From assembly GCF_006345805.1 (NCBI RefSeq), contig NC_043015.1, positions 9,796,001 to 9,860,000 on the forward strand: a DNA stretch of 64,000 nt, in the 5' to 3' direction. The notes beneath the pieces are model-generated. The model made no database searches. It was not told the origin of the DNA and saw only the letters and a list, made by a program, of their open reading frames with translations. Positions within the stretch are counted from its first letter, which is position 1, and the number at the start of each line of letters is the position of its first letter. The position numbers and the translations under genes were made by a program. The DNA comes from Octopus sinensis (Eukaryota). Below, in pieces: positions 40,959-54,218 of the stretch.

Positions 40959-41750
40959 TAAAATTTAATAAGAGTAGAAATTGATATTAATCAATTAAAA
41001 CCAGTGGCCTAGCATATTAAAAAAAATCCGAAGATTAAAATATTTTTGCATACAAACTTTAAAGTACTGACCAGTAAATGTGGACGGTCAACATACTAGA
41101 CATAAACGTCAAATTGCTATTTTCCACAAAGAATGTGTTCTGAAATAAAGAAACTCAGCACAAACCAAAGCATTAATAATAAGCAAGACAAATGAAAATA
41201 TACGAAATAAAAATGATTACCTATGTACCGATCAGTTTCGATTGTTAATATCCACGCATATAGATACCTGCTATCTCCTCAGCATAGTCTGTCATATAGA
41301 AATACAATTTGCAGGATTAGATACAAAAACGTTTAACCGGAGTCTCGCATGCATAGAGTCCAACCAATTATATTTATGTGTATCTTTCAAATGCCTTCAT
41401 CGGAAATCTACCCTGCAGCCATTAAATAGCAGCAGTCAATTTACCGGTTAGGGAACATTTTTTATTATTTTAAAATTTAACAAGGGTAGAAATTGATATT
41501 AATCAATTAAAACCAGTGGCCTAGGATATTAAAAAAATCCGAAGATTAAAATATTTTTACATACAAAATTTAAAGGACTGACCACTAATACTGGACGGTC
41601 AACATGCTAGATATAGACGTCAAATTTTTAATGCTTTGGTTTGTGATGATTTTTTTTTATTTGAGAACATATTCTTTGTGGAAAATAGCGATTTGACGTC
41701 TATATCCAGCATGTTGACCGTCCACTATTTGTGGTCAGTCCTTTAAATTT

Positions 41751-41751
<1 letters not shown>
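40959..41751 (-). mobile_element. Non-coding PLE-type element: 512-bp unit, 156-bp partial tandem repeat and 124-bp inverted end
   Basis: 40959-41115 repeats at 41471-41626. 41628-41751 is the reverse complement of ~41054-41176. (TA)n on both flanks and an HHR inside. Confidence 0.85.
41221..41287 (-). ncRNA. Type I hammerhead ribozyme with intact core
   Basis: Minus: ctatg-CUGAGGA-gatag(...)caatc-GAAA-cugaucgg-UA|catag. Stem I is a perfect 5 bp, stem II pairs 4 of 5, stem III is near-palindromic and the cleavage triplet is GUA. Confidence 0.8.
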
Positions 41752-41840
<89 letters not shown>

Positions 41841-41841
<1 letters not shown>

Positions 41842-41872
41842 TAGCATTAAAGCCTCATTGCATGCGGGCTTT
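41841..41872 (-). mobile_element. Helitron 3' terminus (5' end not located)
   Basis: CTAG next to (TA)n with hairpin aaagcc...gggcttt a few bases inside. Confidence 0.6.
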
Positions 41873-44239
41873 TACGGTAACACCCCTGAAGGGTTAATTG
41901 GACCTGGGGCCAAAAACTAAAGGGAGCTAAATAGTATGACTACAATATGTTTATAATGACTCTATACCCTGGTTGTGTTTGATCAGTGGTTGCGGATGAG
42001 AATTAAATTTGTAATGCAATCATTCTACTGCTCTCATCCAAATTTTTATTCCAACTCGAGGCTGATTTGTCCCAAAGTTTTTATCTCGAGGTAAAAGTAA
42101 CGAAGAAAATGTCAGTTGCCTCCCTCATGATCTCTGACATTATCTGACCAACGCCAAAGAAGGTAGCGTGAATCAGCCAAGATTTACCTTCTAGAAATAG
42201 AAACCTGAATACTGGATGTTGAAGAACCAAATAAAAGGGAAAATTTCCCATTCCGATATCATCCTGATGCTAAAAATGTATAATATGTTATGTAGGGCAA
42301 ATGTATTACCTCAGCATTTTGTATGGAATTGGTCCAATTGCCATTAGTTGATAATGATACAATCTATGACGGCAGATATGATAGTAAACCTAAGCTTCAT
42401 ATGAGTAACTCCAGCCTTTGTCCTCCTTCTACTTTATTGATACACGTTTTTCACAAACTTAAAACAGTTTTCGTTGATTGTGCTTGGCATTATGTGAAGA
42501 ATATTATGTTTCTAATTTTCTTTTTCTTTTATGTCTTTGGTTTACAATTATACATTGAATTAATTTAGTTAAAATAAAAATAAAGTCACTAAATTTATTT
42601 ATCGCGTCTGGCCTTTACTTAAATCATGATTTTAAACTCATTCAAAACAGAATTCAACATATCGTCTCTTCCTTTTATTCACACTTTTTTGTTGTACTCA
42701 CCTAAACCTAAACCTCTTACCTGTAATATATTTGCAACAATATAAAATGTTCTAATATTTATGAAATAAAAGAAACAAATTCGATTATTTGTTGGAGTCT
42801 GAAGGTCTTGAGAACTATTCGAATGTAAATAAATGTTAGAGAGTGGTGAGAGTCAAGTGTCCTTATACATAAAAACAAAACGCGTATTTAGGTTAAAATG
42901 TGTAATTAGATAATGCACACGTATAAAAATCAATGGTTCTCTGATTTAATTGTCATTAAAGCTGACACCATTGTCTCAGCTCTCGTAATCGTTTATTGAA
43001 ACGAAATCGAACAGAGACACAATGGAAAACGATAACATTAACTACTGACAGTCCTTTCAATTTCAACATCGGAATATTACAGTTTTATCTCTTACAGTCT
43101 GCAGAATACAATAAGGATACTATAACAATACTGCAGGAAACTTTGATCTCTTTAATCTGACATATACTTATGATCTTTACTTCATTTTTATAGCACCATA
43201 ACTCAGTCATGTGTGCGAGACCTGTCTCTACACTGTCATTTACTCAGATAAACAACTCAAAAGCACCCTTCTTTTACGCACACACATTTTTATTATCAAA
43301 CTGCAAGATTTTATTTCTGTCTCTGTCTGATTTATCTGTGCTTTTTTTTAGGATTGGTGATAATTTGTTTTATTACAATGCCTTTTCTTTTTTTCTATTT
43401 GTTACAAATGAAATAACCAGATTGAAATGGAGAAGCAAATCACTTTTCTATGAATGTAGCGATTGGTTGTTTGCCACAAAATTCTTGTATGTCGAACAAT
43501 AACGTATTTCGCTTTTCATACTCTGAATTTATATAACAGATATTAGGATTGAATTTCATTCCAGCAAGATAATTTTAAAATTATTGCAAATTTGGTTAAA
43601 AATACGTCAAAAATTGGAGACACAAGCTTTCTATGTATTCAAACGTTTTATCAATTTATATGATTTTCATTTAAAATTTTTAACCCTAATCTCAGTGTAT
43701 TTGCTGAAATGTCTTGAATGATTATAAGATTAATATATCAAGAAGACACTAAGTATTATTTAAGGAACAATCTATGATATCATAAACTTCCTCATTTACA
43801 GGAATGGCATAACAATATCTAGTGCGAATATTCTTGGTTAGATTCTTTGGAATCTAACCAATTTCCGATATAATATCACTAAATTGAAATAGTGCAGCTA
43901 ACTGCAATTATGCAAGTAGTGTCCATGTTTGTCCGAATATGTCCGGATATATCCATGAAAAGCACATTAATGACCTAAGCTGTTCTGAATGGGTTTTTTT
44001 CCCTAAGTACGAATGCCTTTCACCAGTCTCCATCTCCACAAAACACTTCTGCATCTGCCATATTTTCCGAAGGACAGTCGCTCCTGCGTAGCAAGGGAGA
44101 TTATCTTAACGTAGTGGGCTAATGCTTTGCTGTAACTGATTATATTCCTTAAGTGCCATTTATTAGTTTAATTAATCTCTCCAATCACAAGTCTTTGTAT
44201 TTTCTCATCATTCCTAATTGTGACTCAGTAATAAATTCT

Positions 44240-44656
44240 TATTTCTTTACTGCCCACATGGGGCTAAGCACATAGAGGGGCAAACAAGGACATACAAACG
44301 GATTAAGTCGATTATGTCCACCCCAGTGCGTAACTGGTACTTGTTTAATCGATCCCGAAAGGATGAAAGGCAAAGTCGACCTCGGCGGAACTTGAACTCA
44401 GAACGTAACGGCAGACGAAATACATATTTCTTTACTGCCTACATGGGGCTAAACACAGAGGGGACAAACACAGACAGACAAACGGATTAAGTGGGATTAC
44501 ATCGACCCCAGTGCGTAACTGTTACTTAATTTATTGACCCCGAAAGGATGAAAGGCAAAGTCGACCTCGGCGGAATTTGAACTCAGAACGTAGCGGCAGA
44601 CGAAATACCGCAAACATTTTGCCCAGTGTGCTAACGTTTCTGACAGCACGCCCCCT
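44240..44656 (-). mobile_element. Tandem dimer of the Deu/Nin-like SINE
   Basis: Full unit 44425-44656 plus a 5'-truncated unit 44240-44423. Confidence 0.9.
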
Positions 44657-46948
44657 TCATCTATGCTAAATTCTATCCGCTATGAGTTACGAATATTTGA
44701 ATCTCACATGCTTTTGTTGAGATGTGTTGAACATAACAGTATATATGTGTGCTTGGCAATAAACCCATATATGGACGTGTGATGTAAGGCAATTTAATTT
44801 GTCCTTTCATACTTGAGAAATACCTGGACGAATTCTTAGTACCTTTTCTCATTGAGAAGAATGTTCTTTTCATTCAGTGGTATCCTAACTTGTATTACAT
44901 GGCACAATAATTTCTCTGTCGTAATAAATTGTACACCATATATTTCTTAATTTCTAGTTAAGAAATATTAATATGTAGAGTAGTTAACCTTGAAACAATT
45001 TTAAACACCAGGAAAATTATTTTACAAGTAGAATATTATACGCTATACAACACTGACTTGTACAGAGAAGCGCCAACAATGAATAAATATCGTTCCATCA
45101 TTATTGGAAACCCAAAATGATTCAGATATTAAAGTTATTGTGGCAAACAAATAAAAAAAAACTACTAAGAAGGAAATATGAAAACAAAATGTCTAGAAAA
45201 GAATCCTGCAGTAGCTTCAATATAACATCTTAGAAAAGTAAGTTCTTTCTTACTCATAGAAATGCACTCGCGCCGACAAGCAAACACTGATATACGCGCA
45301 GGTTCTTACACATGAACCTGGTACATTTTGGTACATTTATATCGTCTCCCACTGATGGAAGTTTTAGACTACCTTCGATAGAATATAAAAATGCGTAAGA
45401 AAAGATTTCATTTATGAAACACTAACGATTCCACCAATCTACAATCGCTAGATTTCAAAATATATTGTAAATAATTCCTTGGTGAAAAAAAATGATCTAA
45501 AATATAGATTAAATTTTGAAAGGAGGATATAAAAATAGGAATATTCGTTAAAATGTGTGATTTTCCTCCAAAGATAATTACTTCGAATATTTCTAACGAC
45601 TACATCTATTTCTACTCCTCTTTAGTTTTTCACATTCTGTAAGTCGTTACGAAATGTATACAACACATTAGAAATGTATTCTCTTTACGAAATCTCTTTT
45701 AGACTTTGTACTTATTAAAGTTTTCTCAATAAATTATGTTTTATCTTAATAAAGAGATTGTTTTACGCAATATATTAATTACATATACGTCTCGAAACAT
45801 ACATTTCAATATTATCCAAGGTTGAAATGTTGATAAAAGTTAGTGAAGAAAGAATTAAAATAAGTATTTCTTCGACTGAAAACAAATTTGTAAATGTATC
45901 TGAGAAAAGATTTTAATATAGCTATCGTTTTAATGTGCAATATATTTGATGTCAGTGGCGTCAATATATTGTGAGCGAAATAAAACTTTGTTCTATGGCG
46001 CTAAAAGTTTTCACGGTAGCCTTAACCCTGGAAAATATCATGGCATTTGCGCAGTTTTCAAATATTTATGATTCTATATAGTTTCATAAGAATATCTGTA
46101 TACAATTACAAAATTCAATTGAAATAACAGGTTTAATTTGGTTTGTAATATGCTTACAAAAGCTTAATAGGCTGCTGTGGTTTTATTCTCAGTATTATTT
46201 GGCACAATATAAGTTGTGTATCCGTACTTCGATGAAACAAATTTATACCTTTAGCAATCTCTTCCTTAGCATTTCATGATCATATTATGCATTTTCGAAT
46301 CTCTCCACTAAAGATACCACTGGGTATTTATCTGCTGTACATTTCATTATTATGCTGCGTACAATTGAAGTCGAATTCGGTGTATCAATTGAAGACAAAC
46401 ACCAAGTCATGTATAATCTGCGCCTTATTTGAACTTACAGAATTCCATTGTCGTCCAAAACACAATTCCAAATGGAAATGTTATATATGCTAAAACGAAA
46501 GGATCTGTGATAATATTTCAATGTAGATTAATTTCGTGTATAAATGTAATTAATCAGATGCGTATATTTCAAGGGTCTGCAGAACACATAATGAAATTAT
46601 AATTAAGAGATGGAATGTGTTATTTGTATATCTCGTTTAACGTAACACTACAGTGGCGACTGTTCATGAACAATGATACAGAGACATCTAGCTGTAAAAT
46701 TAGAGTAGGAAGGAAAACATTTTTCAAACATACATAACTTCCTCGAGATGCAAACGTACTGGCACTAATTTCATTGCTTAACACTTCTATGTTAACTGTA
46801 GTTTATTTAATTTAATGCCTGATAAGCATGGAGTTTACATAATGTATGATGAAGTTCAAAGTATTGTATTATGCTTATAGAAAATAAAGTTTCTTAGCGA
46901 AATTTCAAACATTCGTTCGTTTCTAGTTATATCCATATATACATACAT

Positions 46949-47010
<62 letters not shown>

Positions 47011-47030
47011 GCATATATATATATATACAT

Positions 47031-47072
<42 letters not shown>

Positions 47073-47100
47073 AGAGAGAGAGAGAGAGAGATGTATGTGC

Positions 47101-47420
47101 AGGCGCGTGGCTTAGTAGTTAGGGCATACGGCTCACGAGTGTAAGGTCGTGATTTCGATTCCAGGTGACGCGTTCTGTCCTTGAGAAAGACACTTTATTT
47201 CGCGTTGATCCAGTTCACTCAGCTGGCAAAAATGAGTAGTACCTGTATTTCAAAGGGCGGCCTTGTCACACTCTGTGTCACGCTGAGTCTCACTGAGAAC
47301 TACGTTAGAGGTGCACTTGTCTGTGGATTGCTCAGTCACTTGCATGTTTATTTCACGAGCGGTCTGTTCCGTTGATCGTATCAGCTGGGGCCCTCGTCAT
47401 TGTAACCGACGGAGTGCTCC
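47101..47420 (+). mobile_element. Full-length tRNA-derived SINE (core shared with 40186, tail shared with 53838)
   Basis: A box TGGCTTAGTAG, B-box-like TTTCGATTCC, core 47176-47237 and tail 47240-47420. Confidence 0.85.
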
Positions 47421-47425
47421 TATAT

Positions 47426-47456
<31 letters not shown>

Positions 47457-48670
47457 GGAGAGAGAGAGAGAAGAGAAGAGAGTATGCACGTGTGTATGTA
47501 TGTTCTTTATGCATTCCAAAACCGAGTTGCTGATTTTCACGTATGATGTATCAAGAGATTCATTACTATTTCCACTCGCAACTAAACTTTATTTTCATTG
47601 ACAAATTTGAATTACAAAAATTAAAGATTATAATCATTTCTATGAATCACCTATCGTAAATATTTTATTTGACGACGACGACGATGATGACGTTATATTT
47701 TGTATATGAGTGTGTACATAAAAAGACCTCCATCATTACGATACACACCTTTACTCACTCTCTCTCTCTCTCTCTCTCTCAGACTCATGAGTGTACATTC
47801 ACACAGACACGTATATTTCATATACTCGTACATACACCTTTCACTTTCTGCTCTGTATCCCCTTTTCGCTTTCTCTATTTTTTTCAATTTCTGCTCTCTT
47901 CAAAGCATAAAGATAAAGATGTTTACAGAATGACCGTGAGAAAGACAGGATGAGAAAAAGACAAAAACACAATAGAAAGAAAAACAGACAGAAATCAGGT
48001 TTCTATAAGAGAAGATGAAAGATGGATAGCGGGCGAGAGAGAGACGCTGATGTTCCATGCCCTATGCATATTCTATAGTTGAAAGTGAAACAAAGTTGGT
48101 ACTGGATGTTCTATGAGTGAAGGTGAAAGAAAGCCGGCACAAAGAAAGGGGAAAAGCGGGAGGGAAGGGGAGAAATAGGCACTATCTCTCTTTTTGAATT
48201 TTTCATTATACAACAAGTCACAACTTCCATTAATTAATTGGGATAAAGAAAGGTATGCAAAAATTACTTCCTTTGGCACACACACACACACATAAATTTA
48301 AAGTTTTGTGAGAACTATGTTATTTCTTGTTGTGTGCTAAATTCCAGCTCAAATACTATGGAAATTACGTTTTCCTGCCCTGTCATTCCTGTTTGTGATC
48401 AGTGATTTCAAAGCCCTGATCGACCATTTAAACTTACACGGACGTTATCTCAGAAAACCTTTCCTTTAGCTGTTGTTTCTAGCACGTCCGAGATGACCTT
48501 TGCGCACCTCCACCATATTTCTTTCCTCAATTTACTTACATTGCTATGTTTTCCATACAGGAGATTTGTATTTCGCCCCAAACGGGTAACTGATTGGTAA
48601 CAATTGAATACTGGGTATGAGTGGGAGGGGTAACACAAAAATTTACCCAGAATTTAGAAGGTAAATAATA

Positions 48671-48909
48671 AAATGGAGAGGATAATCAATCGACAAACAT
48701 CAGCCTGTAAACATTCATTTATATCTATTTATTAATTGAGTATAAGCGCAGGAGTGGCTGTGTGGCAAGTAGCACGTTTACCAACTACATGGTTCCGGGT
48801 TCAGTCCCACTGCGTGACACCTTGGGCAGGTGTCTACTACTATAGCCTCGGGCCGACCAAAGCTTTGTCAAGGGATTTGGTAGACGGAAACTGAAAGAAG
48901 CCCGTCCTA

Positions 48910-48971
<62 letters not shown>

Positions 48972-49618
48972 TGTGTGTGTTTGTGTGCCTGTTTTGTCCA
49001 CCTAGCATTGCTTGACAAGCGATGCTGGTGTGTTTATGTCCCCGTAACTTAGCGGTTCGGCAAAAGAGACCGATAGAATAAGTACTGAGTTTACAAAAGG
49101 AATAAGTTCCGGGGACGAGTTGCTGGATTAAAGGCGGTGCTCCAGCATGGTCGCAGTCAAATGTCTGAAACAAGTAAAAGAGTATAAGAATAAGAATAAA
49201 TGAGGGAACAAATACTAAGCCCTTACAGCTGTTTCTACTATGGGGTTGCCCAATCTTCCCAGTTTTCCACATCACGCCAGTAATATACATGGGTTTTACA
49301 AAGTTTAAACAAACATTGGACACGGGTTGGACAATGATTGAGCCCCAAAACTTGATCAGAGAGACCATAATCTAACATGTGAGGAAGTAAGGTACAATAA
49401 TAAAATAATAAAACAAATTAAAATAATAACATAATAGAAACAGTAAGGAATGGTGAAAACGTTAATTCCAAGGTGGTGATATCTATTTATTTTTTGTTTT
49501 TTTGCTTATTTAATTTGTTAATTTTCATTACTGATACATATGATTATGATCAATTGATAAATCGATATAAATGAATGTTTACAGGTTGATGTTTGTTGAT
49601 TGATTATCCTCTCCATTT
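48671..49618. repeat. 69-bp inverted repeats enclosing a SINE and an unassigned segment
   Basis: 48671-48739 is the reverse complement of 49550-49618 with few mismatches. The right copy ends in (TA)n. Confidence 0.85.
48744..49200 (+). mobile_element. Full-length CORE-type tRNA SINE with an internal (TA)n/(TG)n tract
   Basis: A box TGGCTGTGTGG, B box GGTTCAGTCCC, CORE-like ctgcgtgacaccttgggcaggtg and tail ggcggtgctccagcatgg...gaaacaagtaaaagag. Confidence 0.85.
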
Positions 49619-49795
49619 ATATATATATATATCCTGCCATAGGTTGGTATATATAAATTACGCAGCGTAGATTTAACCAATGTGTTCACACGACGTACTC
49701 CGCGGGACTACCAAAACGCTCTCTCTCAACTCTTACCGACCTCTACTCTTTATAAGAGTCTGGCTAATCAATTCTTCCAATACCCAAGGGGTGTC

Positions 49796-49829
<34 letters not shown>

Positions 49830-50005
49830 TTGTGTATGTATATATGTATGTGTCCATACACACACACGTACATATGTAAGCAGAGTTAGCGGCTGGAATA
49901 AACGTCTAAAGGATAAGCGTGTCCGTACTTAGAACCGGTATCATTTACCTATGCTATCCCTGGGCATGCGTATGCAAGCACACTATGCTCATAGGGTACA
50001 GGTAA

Positions 50006-50364
50006 TCTCTCTATATATAAACGGCAGTTTGTCTGTGCGTGTTTCTGCGTGTCTGTTTGCTTGTACCCTCACCCTGACCACGGCTTTCAACCGATTCTGA
50101 TGAAACTTGACACACACATAGCCCAATGTCATAATTCAAAACTAACGCAGCGAACATTTTGAAAAGTTCCCCCAGTTCTGAAAAAAATCGATAAAATCGA
50201 CATGGGGTCGAGAATCAGAAACACACCACAGACTGTCTAGGGGGCGCAACTCAACCTTTTTTAACTCAAAAAAAATTTACCATAATTTTTTGGCTATAAC
50301 TCTCTAAAAATGCTTTATAGTTATTTCCCTTACAAACCTGAGCAACGCCGGGCGATACTGCTAG
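50006..50364 (+). mobile_element. Non-autonomous Helitron (~360 bp)
   Basis: a|TC...hairpin...CTAG|t with no TSD. Sister of 29259-29640. Confidence 0.92.
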
Positions 50365-50396
50365 TAACTGAATAAACGGAAGTTTATCCGGATTCA

Positions 50397-50604
50397 AATT
50401 TAAATTAGCGGAAAACGGGACAAACTTTTGATCATCAAACAACCAGATTACGGCCGTTTCGGCTGACGATGCCAGCCAAAAATGGCGTAACTAATGTTAT
50501 GTAATGTTATGTTATGCTTTCTATTAAAAATTAATGGACCGATGCTGGTCAATTTGCTTGTTTGTTGATCAAAAGTTTTCTCTATTTTCTGCTTATTTAC
50601 ATTT
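50397..50604. repeat. ~53-bp diverged inverted repeat with a half hammerhead in the spacer
   Basis: 50397-50449 vs 50551-50604. Minus strand 50449-50477 reads ggctg...cagcc-GAAA-cggccg-TA. Confidence 0.6.
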
Positions 50605-50724
50605 ATATAACTATATATGTATATATATATATATACATACAAAATTATATATATATATACACGTATAATATATGTACATATGTACATATACATATATATA
50701 TGTATATATATATATATATATATG

Positions 50725-50830
<106 letters not shown>

Positions 50831-51849
50831 ATGTATGTGTGTATGTATGTCTTGCAAACAAGACATATATATATACATACAGATAGGCATACATACAGAG
50901 TGACAAACATGTATAAAAAATAGTATCGACCACACTGAAGAGAGTCTATGTGGTAACCGAATGTTTTTAACAAGCAATTGAGGAGTGCAGATTCATTATA
51001 GGTCTTCAAAACGTGACAAGAGTTCAAATAATTATTGAACATCACCTGAAAGTGTTTTAAATTTCAACATAAAATTCTCATCACATTCTCTCTGAAAATA
51101 TAATTCCACTAAAGCTTGGATCTGCTCACTCACAACATTTTATTTTTCTTTCTCAAACTCTCACTTATTTCTGAAAAAAAGTAGCTGCTTGTTTATTTAT
51201 TGATTGTACTACTCGATTTCTGAGTAATAAAGTAGTGTGAGATCAGATTCCTGTTTCTCTTTTATCAATTTTGTATTTCATAAGCAATAATTATTAATAT
51301 TGTCAAATTGATTCATATAGATGTGTGTGTGTGTATCTGTGTGTGTCTGTGTGTAGGTGGAGGGAGAGAGAAACAGAGAGAAAGAGAGTGAGAGCTAGAT
51401 GTACATAGGCAACTCACTAAATGGGGGCTGTTTTTTATTTTACTTTGCAACTATCCCAGCTCCTGTTTGCAATCGCCCCATGTCTCTAGGCTCCTCACAA
51501 TCGTATTACGTGAATTGTTGTACATGTGTTTTTTGTTTATATGGAGATTTGTTTTCACTTTATTAGTTTCTCTTTAAATATACATACTCTGGAAATTTTA
51601 TAGAAGACGGAATGGGAATTTTATAAACTAAAATAAGAAACCAAAAATTATAGAACTTATTTTCTTGTGCATTGTATTATGAAGAACATTATAATGCATG
51701 ATTAAGCGATTTTTATATCTACACTCTGACTGGTATGCAAATGTTGTTGTTTTTTTATATACATCGTGAAGATTCTGCAATATACAGATGCTTTATGCTC
51801 GGCATATGCGAACGTAATCACCGGAAATAGGTATGCTTAACCACCAGGA

Positions 51850-52133
51850 TGAATGGCCTAGCGGTTAGGGTTTTGCACTCACAATCGTAAAATCGTGGTT
51901 TTATCCTGTGTTTGAGTAGAACACTTCATTTCGCGTTACTCTGCGATCACTCGGACACCTGAAACGTGGTACAACGTCCACTTGTTCAGGCTTTGTTCGC
52001 CTGATGGAGGAAGTGACCTAATGTACGGCACGTTCATTTGATCACTATATACAAATAGAAAAAAAAGATTTGTGCAGGTCGTTCAGCCAAAGCTGAATGA
52101 GGATACGATGTCTTCCAAGGCCGAATCCATCAT
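51850..52133 (+). mobile_element. Degenerate tRNA-derived SINE with a third tail type
   Basis: A box TGGCCTAGCGG, and head/core (ctcac.atcgtaa..tcgtg, acactt.atttcgcgtt) resemble 47101. The tail is unrelated to the other copies. Confidence 0.55.
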
Positions 52134-53370
52134 TTAGGTAAACTCGTTGTTGTGAGCAGGAAGTTAGGATTGTGTTTCTTGATCGCATAACTAATTTGAA
52201 TACGGACATTCACGTGTACAGTATATTGACGAATTGACGGATCTAACTTTCTGACTAATTGGAACGCAATATTCAAACGCCATGTCCAAACTTTGCTTAC
52301 ATTCTTTCTGGAGAAATGAAATGAAATACATATTCCTTCTGTTTACAGGCGGAATAATTAGAGAATCGGCCTCTATGCTATGCATAGATACTTTACTGAT
52401 TTGAGGAGGGAAATGGGACCAAGAAATGCGATTGAGAAAATCTTCCTCTCCTTCCAAGCAACCTCTATTCATCATAATAACAATGATAAACTGCATGGCA
52501 CTGACTCCTGAAATATCGATAGAAAATGCTAAGGGAAATCTCGTAGTATTTAATTGACTTACAGCTGAAATATATTGTTGAATGAATCTAGAATTACCAT
52601 TGATAAATGCTTCCATAGACATTTGCTAAACCAAAAGGCGAATACAGACATTTAGTCAAAGAGAACGTGTTATTCAAGGGACATACAGAAGGCCCCAGTT
52701 AAATGAGGATTTGATTCATCCGTTTCTATAGTGGATGAAGTATTCATTGAAACTTACCAAATCAATTAATAAATTCATTTTAAATCAAATATGTTGACCA
52801 TATGTCAATTTGTTCATTCTGCAACTAAATCTACTTATCAAGCCCATTGTGCACGCATAGGTTATCTGTAAGCTCAAGTAGGGATTACTTTGACTGTAGA
52901 TTGGAAACCAAAGAAAAACCTGATAATTCTGGTACTACTAGGTTTCAAAGCTTTGCATGTTTCAATAAATTGAATGATATACAGGATAGAATAATGTGTT
53001 TCTTACTAGATTTTTAGTGGCGGATTGACATAATTACGAGAGCGGCGGACCTTGCACTATAGGTCGCCTCTAGTTGCACACACAAAACACACACACGTAT
53101 ATGTATGTATATATGTTTGTGTGTATGTATAAATGAATGTGTGTGCATACGCGTATGTGAATGTCTTTGGGTATGGAATAATATTCCACAAAAAACATTT
53201 AATTATAGGCAAGCAGGTAAAGGGTGGACGATAGCGTACATACGAACGCGACACATCCGTATGTAGCAAATAACATGAGTAAGTTAATAACACATGGTCT
53301 CTTTCTGGATATCAAATATGTTATCTTGCATATTGAAAATGCCAGGTCTATTCAATAGAGAATTTACAGC

Positions 53371-53700
53371 GCTGCTGCTGATGCTGATGCTGATGCTGAT
53401 GCTGATGCTGATGCTGATGCTGATGTTGATGATGATGATGATTATGATGATGATGCTGACGATGATGATGATGATGATGCTGACGATGATGATGATGATG
53501 ATGACGATGACGATGATGATGATGATGGTGGTGGTGGTGGTGGTGGTGGTGGTGATGACAATGATGAAAATGATGATGATGATGGCGATGGTGGTGGTGA
53601 TCATGGCGACGACGACGGCGATGACGGTGATGAAGATGGCGATCATGGTTATGGCGACGACGATGACGATGAAAAAGTCGATGACGTTGATGATGACGAC
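53371..53700. repeat. Compound (GCTGAT)n/(GAT)n/(GGT)n/(GAC)n repeat
   Basis: Directly visible and the source of the poly-Met and poly-Ile ORFs. Confidence 0.92.
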
Positions 53701-53837
53701 CCGGAGGAGGGGGAGGAAGAGAGCAGGTTGGTGATGGTCGGGATCATAATGACGCTGGCGACATTGATGGTCGCGGATTGCTTGTGAAAATACCAGAGAC
53801 GACATCAATGAGTGTTGAAGGTGTTAGGGATTTTCTT

Positions 53838-54218
53838 GTGGAGGTGCAATGGCCCAATGGTTCGGGCAGCGGACTCGCGGTCGGAGGATCGCGGTTTCGA
53901 TTCCCAGACCGGGCATTGTGAGTGTTTATTGAGCGAAAACACCTAAAGCTCCACGAGGCTCCGGCAGGTGGGGTGGTGAACCCTGCTGTACTCTTTCATC
54001 ACAACTTTCTCTCGCTCTTTCTTGCTGTTTCTCTTCTACCTGTATTTCAAAGGGCCAGCCTTGTCACGCTCTGTGTCACGCTGAATCTCCTTGAGAACTA
54101 CGTTAAGGGTACACGTGTCTGTGGAGTGCTCAGCCACTTGCACATTAATATCACGAGCAAGCTGTTCCATTGATCGTATCATCTGGGACCATCATCGTCG
54201 GAACCGACGGTGTGCTCC
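53838..54218 (+). mobile_element. Full-length tRNA-derived SINE with a distinct core (tail shared with 47101)
   Basis: A box TGGCCCAATGG, B-box-like GTTTCGATTCC, and tail 54037-54218 colinear with 47240-47420. Confidence 0.85.

Noticed and set aside
44240-44656. Repeated units that might suggest a CRISPR array
   Set aside because: Units are ~185-230-bp SINE copies with no unique spacers and no cas genes, in eukaryotic DNA.
53284-53808. 146-aa poly-Met ORF and 174-aa hydrophobic antisense ORF
   Set aside because: Both arise from a compound GAT/GGT/GAC trinucleotide repeat.
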